From contig DWWF01000002.1 in NCBI GenBank assembly GCA_019119845.1, positions 13,374 to 77,373 of the forward strand: 64,000 nucleotides of DNA. Direction: 5' to 3'. The notes beneath the pieces were generated by a model. That model ran no database searches and was not told the origin of the DNA. It saw only the letters and a program-made list of their open reading frames with translations. The stretch is from Candidatus Alistipes merdavium (GTDB lineage Bacteria; Bacteroidota; Bacteroidia; Bacteroidales; Rikenellaceae). Positions 26,597-36,608 of the stretch are shown piece after piece (the first letter of the stretch is position 1; every line of letters begins with the position of its first letter). Made by a program: the position numbers and the translations under genes.

Positions 26597-28129
26597 TTAC
26601 TTCTTGATCCGCAACTCGTAGAGGTCGTTCCGACGATCGCGCAGGTTGCGGACACTGCCGTAAGTGTGCAGCTCGCTGAGCAGGTTCAGGTCGACATCCG
26701 AGATGAGGATCATCTCCGTATTGGGCGTAGCCTCGGCCCGCTTGCCGTCGGTCGGGAAGGCGAAGTCGCACGGCGTGAAGACGCCCGACTGCGCATACTG
26801 GATATCCATGTTATGGACCCTCGGCAGATTGCCCACGCTGCCGGCGATCGCCACGAAGCACTCGTTCTCGATGGCCCGGGCCTGGGCGCAGACCCGCACG
26901 CGCGAATAACCGTTCTGCGTGTCGGTCAGGAAGGGGACGAAGAGAATCTGCATCCCCTGGTCGGCCATGATGCGCGACAGCTCGGGGAACTCCACGTCGT
27001 AACAGATCAGCACGCCGATGCGCGCGCAGTCCGTATCGAAGGTCTGCACCAGGCGTCCGCCGCTCAAGCCCCAGCTCTTCACCTCGTCGGGCGTGACGTG
27101 CACCTTCTCGTACATGTCGTAGGTACCGTCGCGGCGGCAGAGGAAGCCCACGTTGTAGAGCGCGCCGTCGCTCTTGATGTAGGGCATGCTGCCGGTAATG
27201 ATGTTGATGTTGTAGCTGATGGCCAGCTCGACGAAGCGGTCGCGGATCTCCTCCGTATACTGTGCCAGGCCGCGGATCGACTGCGCCTCGCCAAGGTTGT
27301 TGAAACGCGCCATGAGCGGGGCGTTGAAGTATTCGGGGAAGAGCACGAAGTCGCTCTTGTAGTCCGACACGGCGTCGACGAAGAACTCGACCTGCTCGAA
27401 CACGTCGTCGAGCGTCTTGTAGGTACGCATCTGCCACTGCACCAGTCCGACACGCACGGTGGTCTTCTTGTCGACATACTCCTGCGTGGGCGGCTGGTAG
27501 TAGATGTTGTCCCACTGCAGCAGCGTCGCGCAGTGGCACGACTCCTCGTCGTTGGGCAGGTAGTTGGGCATCACGCGCCGCACGTGAAAGTCGTTCGAGA
27601 GCTGGAAGGTCAGCACCGGATCGTAGATTTCGCGCGAACGCACCTTCTCGATATACTCCTTCGGACGCATGCGGTCGGCATACTTGTAGTAGTTCGGGAT
27701 GCGCCCGCCGAACATGATGGCCTTCAGGTTGAGCTTCTCGCACAGCTCCTTGCGGTAGTCGTACATGCGTCGGGCCAGCCGCAGGCCGCGGTAGTCGGGG
27801 TGGATGAAGACCTCGATGCCGTAGAGGATGTTGCCGGCGGGATTGTGCGTCGAGAAGGTCTCGTTGCCGGTCACCTTCGCATAGGTGTGGTCGCCCTTGA
27901 CCATGTCGTAGTCGACGATGATCGAGAGGGCGCATCCGACGATCCGGTCGTCGACGACCGTGACGATCTGCCCCTCGGGAAAGATCTCGACCAGCTTGTG
28001 AATCTGCTCGCGGGTCCAGAAGACATCCTTGTCCGCGTAGACGCGGGTAAACGACTGCGCCAGCTGCGCGTAGTCTTCCATCTGGAGGTTGCGGACCTCG
28101 ACCCGATTGATTTTGTGCGTGTCAGCCAT
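26597..28129 (-). CDS. Bifunctional GNAT acetyltransferase / carbon-nitrogen hydrolase
   Basis: N-terminal GNAT (VFIHPDYRGLRLA); C-terminal nitrilase triad FPEY / YEK / ICYD. Confidence 0.88.
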   Translation of the reverse strand: MADTHKINRVEVRNLQMEDYAQLAQSFTRVYADKDVFWTREQIHKLVEIFPEGQIVTVVDDRIVGCALSIIVDYDMVKGDHTYAKVTGNETFSTHNPAGNILYGIEVFIHPDYRGLRLARRMYDYRKELCEKLNLKAIMFGGRIPNYYKYADRMRPKEYIEKVRSREIYDPVLTFQLSNDFHVRRVMPNYLPNDEESCHCATLLQWDNIYYQPPTQEYVDKKTTVRVGLVQWQMRTYKTLDDVFEQVEFFVDAVSDYKSDFVLFPEYFNAPLMARFNNLGEAQSIRGLAQYTEEIRDRFVELAISYNINIITGSMPYIKSDGALYNVGFLCRRDGTYDMYEKVHVTPDEVKSWGLSGGRLVQTFDTDCARIGVLICYDVEFPELSRIMADQGMQILFVPFLTDTQNGYSRVRVCAQARAIENECFVAIAGSVGNLPRVHNMDIQYAQSGVFTPCDFAFPTDGKRAEATPNTEMILISDVDLNLLSELHTYGSVRNLRDRRNDLYELRIKK

Positions 28130-28477
28130 AGATGCGATAACGTATTTCAAACGGCGCAAAATTATAAATTTATCCGTTCCGTTATCCTCCGCTGCCCGAC
28201 TTTCGTACCGGACCGCCCCCGCCGAGGGGTCGTCTTGCTGCAAGGGGCCGCTGCCCTGAAGGGAAGCGTCTCGCCGCAAGGGGCCCCCTGCTCCGGAAAA
28301 GGCCCCGTGTTCAAAGGCCCGTGCGCACCGACAGAGCCGATTCGCCTCCGGCACACCCCGGCATCGCAATCCGCTGCGATCTGCTGCGATCCGCCGCGAT
28401 CCGTCACAGCAATGTCACACGGTTGTCGCAGCAATGAAAGGCATCGGGCATTTCTTTGCGGTGTCAAAAAGAGTCAA

Positions 28478-29233
28478 ATGACACCAACCCGACATTTCAA
28501 GACCATCGTCATGTCCGACATCCACCTCGGATCGAAGTGGTCAAAGGCCAAGGAGGCCAACCGTTTCCTGAGAAGCCATACCTGCGACACGCTGATTCTC
28601 TGCGGCGACGTCATCGACGGCTGGGAGCTCGTCCGCGGGCGCCGCGAGAAGTGGAAACGCCGCCACACGAACTTCATCAGCCGCTTGCTCGACATCCAGC
28701 ACGACACACACATCATCTACCTGCGCGGCAACCACGACGACTTTCTGGACCGCATCCTGCCCCTGCAGTTCGCCAACGTCAGCGTCCTGAAGGAGTACGT
28801 CTACACGAGCGGCGACAAACGCTACTACGTGCTGCACGGCGACGTCTTCGACCACGTCACCTCGTCGATGAGGTGGCTCGCCAAGGTGGGCGACGTGGGC
28901 TACTCGGCGCTCATGTGGTTCAACCGCCTCTACAACCGGCGAAGGCTCCGCCGCGGGCTGCCCTACTACTCGATCTCGCAGCGGATCAAGCAGAAGGTCA
29001 AGGCCTCGGTCTCCTACATCAGCGACTTCGAGCAGCACCTGGTACAGGTCGCCGCGCAGAAGGGCTGCTCGGGGGTCATCTGCGGGCACATCCATCAGGC
29101 CGACAAGCGCATGATCGGCGACATCCTCTACCTGAACTCGGGCGACTGGGTCGAATCGCTGACGGCCCTCGCCGAGGACTACGACGGCAACTGGGAGATT
29201 CTCCGCTACGAGGCGGAAAAAACGAACGGGTGA
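28478..29233 (+). CDS. Metallophosphoesterase, LpxH2/PlcP-like
   Basis: SDIHLG, GDVIDGW, GNHD, HGD, CGHIH, NSGDWVES motifs. Confidence 0.85.
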   Translation: MTPTRHFKTIVMSDIHLGSKWSKAKEANRFLRSHTCDTLILCGDVIDGWELVRGRREKWKRRHTNFISRLLDIQHDTHIIYLRGNHDDFLDRILPLQFANVSVLKEYVYTSGDKRYYVLHGDVFDHVTSSMRWLAKVGDVGYSALMWFNRLYNRRRLRRGLPYYSISQRIKQKVKASVSYISDFEQHLVQVAAQKGCSGVICGHIHQADKRMIGDILYLNSGDWVESLTALAEDYDGNWEILRYEAEKTNG

Positions 29234-30375
29234 TGCGGTTTCTCTTCATCGTGCAGGGCGAGGGGCGCGGCCACCTCACGCAGGCCCTGTCGCTGGCGGC
29301 AATGCTGCGGCGCCACGGCCACGAGATCACGGGCGTGCTGGTGGGCCGCAGTCCGCAGCGCGTGCTTCCCGACTTCTTCCGGGCGCGGATCGGTGCCCCG
29401 GTCGTCGAATTCGAGGCTCCCCGCTTCGCCTTCGACCGCAGCAACCGGAGCGTCAGCATGCTGCGGACCCTGCTGGGTAACCTCAGCCCGGGGAGCCTCG
29501 CCCGCTTCCGGCGCAGCGCGCGGATCATCCGCGAGCAGATCGCCGCGCAGCATCCCGACCGGATCGTCAACTTCTACGAGCTGCTCTCCAGCCTGACCGT
29601 CCGGCTGTACGGCATCCGCATCCCGATGACGGGCATCGCCCACCAGTTCCTGCTCGGGCACCGCGCCTATCCCTACGCCCGCAACACGGGCGTGGAGGGA
29701 TTTCTGCTGCGGCTCCACGCCCGGATGACCGCCTGCGGATGCGCGCAGCTGCTCGGGCTCTCGTTCCGACCGATGGACGACGACACGCGCCGGCACATCC
29801 GCGTCGTTCCGCCCCTGCTGCGGCGCGACGCCCTGAGTGGCAGCGTCTCCGACGAGGGCTTCGTCCTCGGATACATGGTCAACAACGGATTCGCCGCCGA
29901 GCTGCGGCAATGGTGCGCCGGGCACCCGCAATGGAGCGTCCACCTCTTCTGGGACCGGTTCGGTGCCCCGCAGACACTCCCGGCCGAGGGCGGGCTGGTG
30001 TTCCACCGGCTCGACGACGCGGAGTTCCTCGACCGCATGCACCGCTGCCGCGGGTACGTGACGACGGCCGGATTTGAATCCGTCTGCGAGGCGATGTACC
30101 TCGGCAAACCCATGATGCTCATCCCCGCCCACATCGAACAGCGCATCAACGCCGCCGACGCGGCTGCGGCCGGAGCCGGCATCGTGGCCGGACGCTTCGA
30201 CCTGGGGCGCTTCACCGACTACCTCGGCCACAGGCATCCCCCCGTCGCAGGCTTCCGAGAGTGGGTTGACTCGGCCGAGGAGCGCTTCATCCGGCTGCTC
30301 GTCCCGGCCCTGAAGGCCGGACCGCAACCGATCCCGAAAGCCGGACCGCAACCGGCGGCGAGAACAGGATCGTGA
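29233..30375 (+). CDS. GT-B glycosyltransferase (MJ1255/VC2487-like)
   Basis: VQGEGRGHLTQA start; TTAGFESVCEAMYLGKP...HIEQ..NA motif; TGATG overlap with the phosphoesterase. Confidence 0.82.
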   Translation: MRFLFIVQGEGRGHLTQALSLAAMLRRHGHEITGVLVGRSPQRVLPDFFRARIGAPVVEFEAPRFAFDRSNRSVSMLRTLLGNLSPGSLARFRRSARIIREQIAAQHPDRIVNFYELLSSLTVRLYGIRIPMTGIAHQFLLGHRAYPYARNTGVEGFLLRLHARMTACGCAQLLGLSFRPMDDDTRRHIRVVPPLLRRDALSGSVSDEGFVLGYMVNNGFAAELRQWCAGHPQWSVHLFWDRFGAPQTLPAEGGLVFHRLDDAEFLDRMHRCRGYVTTAGFESVCEAMYLGKPMMLIPAHIEQRINAADAAAAGAGIVAGRFDLGRFTDYLGHRHPPVAGFREWVDSAEERFIRLLVPALKAGPQPIPKAGPQPAARTGS

Positions 30376-30502
30376 CCGGCAGCTGAAACAGAAACAAGAT
30401 CGTCCGCGAAACCCGAATCGGAATCGCCAACGGGAACCGGATCTGGCCGGCAGCAGGAACCGGATCGGCATTGGCGCCGCGCTCACCAACTGCCATATAC
30501 GC

Positions 30503-30539
30503 AATGATTCCGGACAGCCTCTGGCTGTCCGGAATCATT
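30503..30539. terminator. Bidirectional terminator 3' of tRNA-Leu
   Basis: AATGATTCCGGACAGCC-tct-GGCTGTCCGGAATCATT, perfect 17-bp stem. Confidence 0.85.
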
Positions 30540-30544
30540 TTTCG

Positions 30545-30628
30545 TACCCGGAGCCGGGGTCGAACCGGCACGACATTGCTGTCATTGGTGTTTGAGACCA
30601 ACGCGTCTACCGATTCCGCCATCCGGGC
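30545..30628 (-). tRNA. tRNA-Leu(CAA)
   Basis: GCCCGGATGGCGGAATCGGTAGACGCGTTGGTCTCAAACACCAA...GGTTCGACCCCGGCTCCGGGTA; long variable arm. Confidence 0.97.
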
Positions 30629-30839
30629 TGCACGTTCCGGAATCCGCGGCCGCATCCGTCAACCTCTCCGTGAAAACCTGTCAGGTAAACACCTCCCGTA
30701 AAAGAGCATCCCTTTCACAGGAAGCCTCTTCCCTCCCATCTGGGCATGCCCGCGCGGGAAGAGCCAAAATGCGGCACCGTTCCGTAAGAATCGGGATGAC
30801 AAAGATAGGCCTTTTCGGGCAAAATCCAAAGCCCGGGGG

Positions 30840-32663
30840 CTATTTTTCAAAAAATTCGCGGATTTTCTTCGCCCTGGCAGGTCCGACCAGCGCCGACAGC
30901 TCCTCGATGTTTGCCGTGCGGACCTTCTCCACCGTGCGGAAATGTTGCAGCAGCGTGCGGACCGTCTTCTCGCCGACCCCTTCGATCTGTTCCAGTTCGC
31001 TGTGGATGAAGGCCTTGCTCCGCTTCTGGCGGTGGAACGTAATCGCAAACCGGTGCACCTCCTCCTGGATGCTCGCCAGGAAGTGGAGCAGCGGCGACGT
31101 GGGCCGCAGCCCGACCAGCAGCGGCGGATAACCGCTGTAGAGCTCCGCCGTGCGGTGGCGGTCATCCTTCGCAAGGCCCGCAATCGGAATATCGAGTCCC
31201 AAAGCCTCCAGCACCTCGTGGATCGCCCCCATCTGCCCCTTGCCGCCGTCGGCGATAATCAGATCGGGCAGTTCGGCCCCTTCGGCCTGCAGACGGCTGT
31301 AACGGCGGAAGACCACCTCGCGCATCGAGGCGTAGTCGTCGGGACCCTCCACGGTCTTGATATTGAAATGGCGGTACTCCTTGCGCGAGGGCTTGCCGTC
31401 ACGGAAGACGACGCACGACGCCACGGGATTCGAGCCCTGAAGGTTCGAGTTGTCAAAACACTCGATGTGGCGCGGCTGCCGATCGAGGTTCAGCGCCTTG
31501 CACAGCGCCTCCATCAGCCGCTCCGTATGGCGCTCGGGATTCTTGATCTCGAGGTTCTTGAGCTGCTCGGCCCGGTAGATGCGGGCGCTCTTCTGCGAGA
31601 ATTCCAGCAGGTCGAGCTTCTCGCCCCGCTTGGGCACGGTGAAGGTCACCCCGTCGAAGAGCAGCGTCGTCGAGGGGAGGAAGGGGACGATGACCTCGCG
31701 GGCGAGCTTGCCGTCGGCGACCTGCTCGACGACGTGCTGGATGGCCAGCGTCAGCATGTCGCGCGGATCGCCGCCGACGCCCGCCGTGAGCCGCACGGTA
31801 TAGACCCCGACGATCGAGCCGTGGCGGATGCGCGTGAAGTTGCAGTAGGCCACGTCGTCGTCCTCGAGCAGCGAGAAGACATCCACGTCGACGATCCGCG
31901 CGCTGACGATCACCGAGCGGCCGGCATAGTTGTCCAGCGCGTCAAGGCGCTGCTTGTAGCGCTGCGCCGCCTCGAAGCGCAGCTCCGCGGCCGCCCGCTC
32001 CATTTCGCCCGTGAGGTACTGCCGCACGGGCCGCAGGTCGCCCTTGAGCACCGAGACGACCAGTTCGACCTGCCGCGCATACTCCTCCTCGCTCTGCAGC
32101 CCCACGCAGGGGCCCTTGCAGTTGCCCAGATGGTACTGCAGGCAGACGGTGTACTTTCCGCGGGCGATCTTCGCGGGCGAGAGGTCCAGCTTGCAGGTGC
32201 GCAGCGGCACCACCTCGCGCACGAACTCCAGCACGCTGTGCTGCATCATCACCGAACCGTAGGGGCCGAAGTATTGCGACCCGTCGCGCACGACCTGCCG
32301 CGTGGACTGCACGCGCGGGAAGCGCTCGCGCCGCACGACGATCCACGGATAGGTCTTGTCGTCCTTGAGCAGGATGTTGTAGCGCGGCTGGAGGTTCTTG
32401 ATGAGCGAATTTTCGAGCAGCAGGGCGTCGGTTTCGCTGCCGACGACGATGTGGCGGATTTCGGCAATCTGCCGCACCAGTGCGCGGACCTTCGCGCTGT
32501 GCTCCTTCGACTGCACGAAGTACGACGAGACGCGCTTGCGCAGGCTCTTGGCCTTGCCCACGTAGATGATCGTGCCCGAGCGGTCCAGGAACTGGTAGAC
32601 GCCGGGCGACAGGGGCAGCAGCGAGACCTGCTCCCGCAGGTGGTCTTGCAGGGTTTCGGCCAT
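30840..32663 (-). CDS. uvrC: Excinuclease ABC subunit C
   Basis: GIY-YIG (PGVYQF...IYVGKAKSLRKRV), IECFDNS, DGGKGQ, C-terminal HhH. Confidence 0.96.
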   Translation of the reverse strand: MAETLQDHLREQVSLLPLSPGVYQFLDRSGTIIYVGKAKSLRKRVSSYFVQSKEHSAKVRALVRQIAEIRHIVVGSETDALLLENSLIKNLQPRYNILLKDDKTYPWIVVRRERFPRVQSTRQVVRDGSQYFGPYGSVMMQHSVLEFVREVVPLRTCKLDLSPAKIARGKYTVCLQYHLGNCKGPCVGLQSEEEYARQVELVVSVLKGDLRPVRQYLTGEMERAAAELRFEAAQRYKQRLDALDNYAGRSVIVSARIVDVDVFSLLEDDDVAYCNFTRIRHGSIVGVYTVRLTAGVGGDPRDMLTLAIQHVVEQVADGKLAREVIVPFLPSTTLLFDGVTFTVPKRGEKLDLLEFSQKSARIYRAEQLKNLEIKNPERHTERLMEALCKALNLDRQPRHIECFDNSNLQGSNPVASCVVFRDGKPSRKEYRHFNIKTVEGPDDYASMREVVFRRYSRLQAEGAELPDLIIADGGKGQMGAIHEVLEALGLDIPIAGLAKDDRHRTAELYSGYPPLLVGLRPTSPLLHFLASIQEEVHRFAITFHRQKRSKAFIHSELEQIEGVGEKTVRTLLQHFRTVEKVRTANIEELSALVGPARAKKIREFFEK

Positions 32664-32868
32664 GGGTCGTGTGCGAAGATTGCAGTCGCACAAAGGTAAC
32701 AATTATTTCGCAAACCGCGACACGCACCCGGGCAGCGCCGCGGACGGCGGAAAAGAGAGGTGGAAACGGACGGTGGAAAAAGCAGCGGAAAAGAGTGGCC
32801 GTTTGTTGTTTTTTTCCCGCCGAATTCCTATATTTGTCCTATTACCATCCACCCATCATTGAACGCCT

Positions 32869-33807
32869 ATGAAAAAATTGCCGCTTCTGTTCCTTGTCGG
32901 GCTGCTCGCCGCAGGATGCGTCGACAAGGAGTACGATCTGAAAGATGTCGAAACGGACAACATCGCCATCGGCGATTCGCAGAGTGAATTCCGCTGCCCG
33001 CTCATGACCATCCGCGTGAGCATGCAGGAGATCACCGACAACGGCATCGACATCGAAAACGTCTTCCGCGAGACGGACATCTGGCTGCCCACCGAACTGC
33101 CCGACGCCTATGTCGACATCCGGCGGCTCGTCTCCGACGAGGCCTACGTCTCCACGCTGCTCGACCTGCTCGTCGACGAGCTGCTCGTAAGCGACACCAA
33201 GCTGGACCAGGTCGTCGAGCTGATCTGGAACAACCCCGCGTACCGCCAGTCGGTCACCGGCTCCGTACCCGAGCTCGATCTGGACGACGCCGACACCTTC
33301 CGTTCGCTCTTCCGCTCGCTGTACCAGAACAACGCCCAGGTGCGCGAGCTGCTCGACGAGCAGGTGCGGCTGCTCGCACACGACTACCTGACGGCCCTCC
33401 AGGTCGACGACATCACCTATGACATCGACCGCATCGACCTCGACAACAACATCGTGGACATGCTCGCCGAGAACCTCGATCCCGAAGGGACGCCCGACGC
33501 GAAAAACACGCTGCACATCTACGGCACGATCGCCAACCGGCTGCCGTTGAGCGCCGAGATCCAGGCCCGGCTCCGCCCGACGCTCATCGAGGTTCCGGTG
33601 CAGATCGACGCCAAGAGCGAGGAGAACGTCATCGCCGAGACGCCGATCTACGGCGAAGACCTGCGCACGCTCATCCACGGCTGCCAGGTCGTCATTCCCG
33701 TGACGCTCGACCGCTACTACCGCAACGGATTCGACAATACGGCCGACTGCCAGCTGCTCATCGAGCTGCACCTGGTCAAGCGCGGCGGACTGAAACTCAA
33801 CCTCTAA
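32869..33807 (+). CDS. Hypothetical lipoprotein
   Basis: Lipobox LAAGC followed by an acidic motif (VDKEYDL). Confidence 0.75.
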   Translation: MKKLPLLFLVGLLAAGCVDKEYDLKDVETDNIAIGDSQSEFRCPLMTIRVSMQEITDNGIDIENVFRETDIWLPTELPDAYVDIRRLVSDEAYVSTLLDLLVDELLVSDTKLDQVVELIWNNPAYRQSVTGSVPELDLDDADTFRSLFRSLYQNNAQVRELLDEQVRLLAHDYLTALQVDDITYDIDRIDLDNNIVDMLAENLDPEGTPDAKNTLHIYGTIANRLPLSAEIQARLRPTLIEVPVQIDAKSEENVIAETPIYGEDLRTLIHGCQVVIPVTLDRYYRNGFDNTADCQLLIELHLVKRGGLKLNL

Positions 33808-33820
33808 ACCACCTCCGACC

Positions 33821-35167
33821 ATGAAAAAGACACTTGCACTTCTGCTGTCGCTGACGTTCGCGGCCGGTGTGTCGGCTCAGAGCAACACGGCCTACTTCAT
33901 GGAGGGATCGACCCTCCGCAGCCAGCTCAACCCGGCCCTTGCGCCGCAGCGCGGCTACTTCAACATCCCGGGCGTGGGCGGCATCAACGTCTCCACGAGC
34001 GGCAACATCGCCCTCGGCGACGTGCTCTTCCCGCGCAACGGAAAGCTCGTGACGCTGCTCGACAGCTCCGTCTCGTCGGCCGACGCCCTCGCGGGGCTGA
34101 ATGCCGAGAACTACCTCGGCGTGGAGACCCGCGTCAACATCCTCGGCTTCGGCGCCTACACCAAAAACCGCCGCAACTTCTGGTCCTTCGACCTGAATCT
34201 CCGCACGGCAAGCGACGTCGACCTGCCCCGCTCGCTCTTCGAGTTTCTCAAGACCGGCCGGGAGGGCGTCGTGCGCAACGTCGGCGTCTCGACCGACGCC
34301 TACCTCGAGGCGGGCTTCTCCTATTCGTTCCCGCTGCTGAACGACAAGCTCTACCTCGGCGCCCGCGCCAAGTTCCTCGTCGGTATGGCCCGCGCCCGGC
34401 TCAACTACGACCGCATGGACATCCGGCTCGACGAAAACCGCTGGAGCGTCGACGCCTCGGGTACGCTCGACCTGACGGCCAACGGCGCGGCGAGCGACGA
34501 CATCTCCTGCGACGAGAACGGCACCTACACCCTCGGCGACCTCTCGCCCAAGCCCTACAAGCCCGCCGGATACGGCTTTGCCGTGGACCTGGGCGCCACC
34601 TACGACATCCTGCCCGAGCTGCAGGTCTCGGTGGCCGTCACCGACCTGGGATTCATCTCCTGGAACGAGAAGTACAACAGCACGGGCCGCTCGGTCAAAA
34701 GCATGGAGTTCACGGGCGTGCAGATCGAAAACGGCCAGACGGCCGAACAGCCCGACTTCGACATGAACCTGCTGGAGTTCACTCCGGCCGCGGCGCAGGG
34801 CGCCACCAAGAGCCTCAACGCCTCGCTCAACGCCGGCGTCGAATACAAGGTCTGGCGTGAGAAGATCGGCATCGGACTGCTCTACACGGCCCGCTTCTGG
34901 GAGTTCAAGACCCGGCACAGCCTCACCGGCTCGGTGAACTTCCAACCCGCCCGGTGGTTCACGCTGACGGGCAGCTACACGGTCATCGACAACCGGGGCG
35001 GCGTCGTGGGTCTGGCGATGAACCTCTCCCCCGGGTGGATCAACTTCTTCGTGGCCACCGACCTGCTGACGATGAAACACACGCCGCAGTGGGTTCCCGT
35101 CCGGAAGAGCGCCGCACACCTCACGCTCGGACTGGGCATCCCCATCGGCCGCCACGGCATCCGGTAG
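33821..35167 (+). CDS. Outer-membrane beta-barrel protein (DUF5723-like)
   Basis: Signal peptide, LNPALAP motif, G.G.AVDLGATY, amphipathic strands. Confidence 0.75.
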   Translation: MKKTLALLLSLTFAAGVSAQSNTAYFMEGSTLRSQLNPALAPQRGYFNIPGVGGINVSTSGNIALGDVLFPRNGKLVTLLDSSVSSADALAGLNAENYLGVETRVNILGFGAYTKNRRNFWSFDLNLRTASDVDLPRSLFEFLKTGREGVVRNVGVSTDAYLEAGFSYSFPLLNDKLYLGARAKFLVGMARARLNYDRMDIRLDENRWSVDASGTLDLTANGAASDDISCDENGTYTLGDLSPKPYKPAGYGFAVDLGATYDILPELQVSVAVTDLGFISWNEKYNSTGRSVKSMEFTGVQIENGQTAEQPDFDMNLLEFTPAAAQGATKSLNASLNAGVEYKVWREKIGIGLLYTARFWEFKTRHSLTGSVNFQPARWFTLTGSYTVIDNRGGVVGLAMNLSPGWINFFVATDLLTMKHTPQWVPVRKSAAHLTLGLGIPIGRHGIR

Positions 35168-35182
35168 CACCGCGCGCAGGCC

Positions 35183-35275
35183 CGGTGCCGACACGGCAGG
35201 CCAACCGATATGACAGGCAGAGCCGGAAGGTCGGTGCCGCACGGCAGGCCAACCAGATATGACAGGCAGAGCCGG
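35183..35275. repeat. 44-bp tandem duplication
   Basis: cggtgccg(a)cacggcaggccaacc(a)gatatgacaggcagagccgg at 35183 and 35232. Confidence 0.85.
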
Positions 35276-35652
35276 GAGCTCCCCGAAAGGGACTTCCGGC
35301 TCGCTTTGCTGTTTCCATACCGGCGGGAGCGGCCGGCGGCAGGAGGCCCGGACGACGCTGACGGCAGTGTCGGCGGCGCATCCGAAAAGCCCCTGCCGGG
35401 GATGCAATCTTCCGATTATTGCACCGCAACATGTTGCCGATCGGGAAACTTTGTATATCTTTGTCCTGTGAAAAAGTCGGAATCCGGAGGCGCACCAGAG
35501 CCCTGACGCCCTCCGCACCCCGGACCGACGACTCTCCGAAAACGATTTGCGACGGCCCGGGGAATCTGTGCGAAGTTGCGTCACTTCATCATTTTGAATT
35601 CTTCAGCATACGGGTCGTCGCAATCTTTGTTTGCTCCGGCAAAAAGCGTGCC

Positions 35653-36456
35653 TCAACGATCCGCCCGGCCCGACGCCAGGCGTTCAAGCGCCGTGCGTGT
35701 CGCCGCCCGGCCCGCCTCGATCAACTCCTCGGCCCGATAGAATTCAAACATGCCGTAGCTGTCGGCCGGCAGCTCGATCAGCAGATCGGGCGGCGTCAGG
35801 CGGCACATGAGCTGCGCGATGTGCTGCTGCATGATCTGCGACGAGGCGGTGAGGAGCTTGTAGTAATTGAGCGAAGCGCCGGCCCGCGGTGCGGGATCGG
35901 CGGCGAACGGCGCACAAACATCCACCCCCACCAACAGATCCCCATCGGTACGCCGCACGCGGTTGAGCGGCAGCGGATTGACCGTGCCGCCGTCGATGAG
36001 CACCATGCCGTCGCGCCGCACCGGACGGAAGACCGACGGGATGGAGATCGAGGCCCGGATGGCGTCGTAGAGCCCGCCGCGGTCGATCACCACCTCGCGG
36101 CCCGTGAGCAGATCGGCCGCCACGGCGGCATAGGGCAGCGGCATCTGTTCGATGCGCACGTCGGGAATCAGCTCCTCCATGGCCCGGATGACCCGGTCGC
36201 CCTTGACGAAGCCCTCCGCACTGAGCGAAAAATCCATCAGCGAGAAGACCTTGTAGCGGTCCAGCGTGCAGAACCACTCCCTGAAGGAGTCCAAATGTCC
36301 CGCGGCGTACATGCCGCCGACGAGCGCCCCCATCGAGGTCCCCGCAACGGCCGCGATCTCGAACCCCCGGCTCTCCAACTCTTCGATGGCGCCGATGTGC
36401 GCCACACCCCTTGCTCCTCCGCCGGACAACACCAGCGCTGCCTTCCTTCGCTCCAT
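35653..36456 (-). CDS. Patatin-like phospholipase
   Basis: GGGARG, GTSMG (GxSxG) and DGG motifs. Confidence 0.9.
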   Translation of the reverse strand: MERRKAALVLSGGGARGVAHIGAIEELESRGFEIAAVAGTSMGALVGGMYAAGHLDSFREWFCTLDRYKVFSLMDFSLSAEGFVKGDRVIRAMEELIPDVRIEQMPLPYAAVAADLLTGREVVIDRGGLYDAIRASISIPSVFRPVRRDGMVLIDGGTVNPLPLNRVRRTDGDLLVGVDVCAPFAADPAPRAGASLNYYKLLTASSQIMQQHIAQLMCRLTPPDLLIELPADSYGMFEFYRAEELIEAGRAATRTALERLASGRADR

Positions 36457-36608
36457 AAGTCAAAAAAACTGATTCACCGGCATCCGTCTGCCGATACCTT
36501 ATATCTTTTCATTTCGCCGAGCGGGCTTCGTTGCGGGCACCCTTCGGTGCACGGCCGCATCGCAACCGCTCCGCACACACCGTGCCGCGCCGTCCGCCCG
36601 AGGCCGGT

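Noticed and set aside
26358-26621. 87-aa ORF after the collagen-like lipoprotein
   Set aside because: Low-complexity, Arg/Pro-rich and derived from short GC-rich duplications; it overlaps the convergent nitrilase stop. Probably non-coding.
30312-30360. 24-bp repeat (KAGPQPIP KAGPQPAA) at the glycosyltransferase C-terminus
   Set aside because: A two-copy slippage in a disordered tail with no evidence of function.
30375-30840. Integrative element at tRNA-Leu
   Set aside because: No duplicated tRNA 3' end, integrase or GC shift; the tRNA is followed directly by its terminator.
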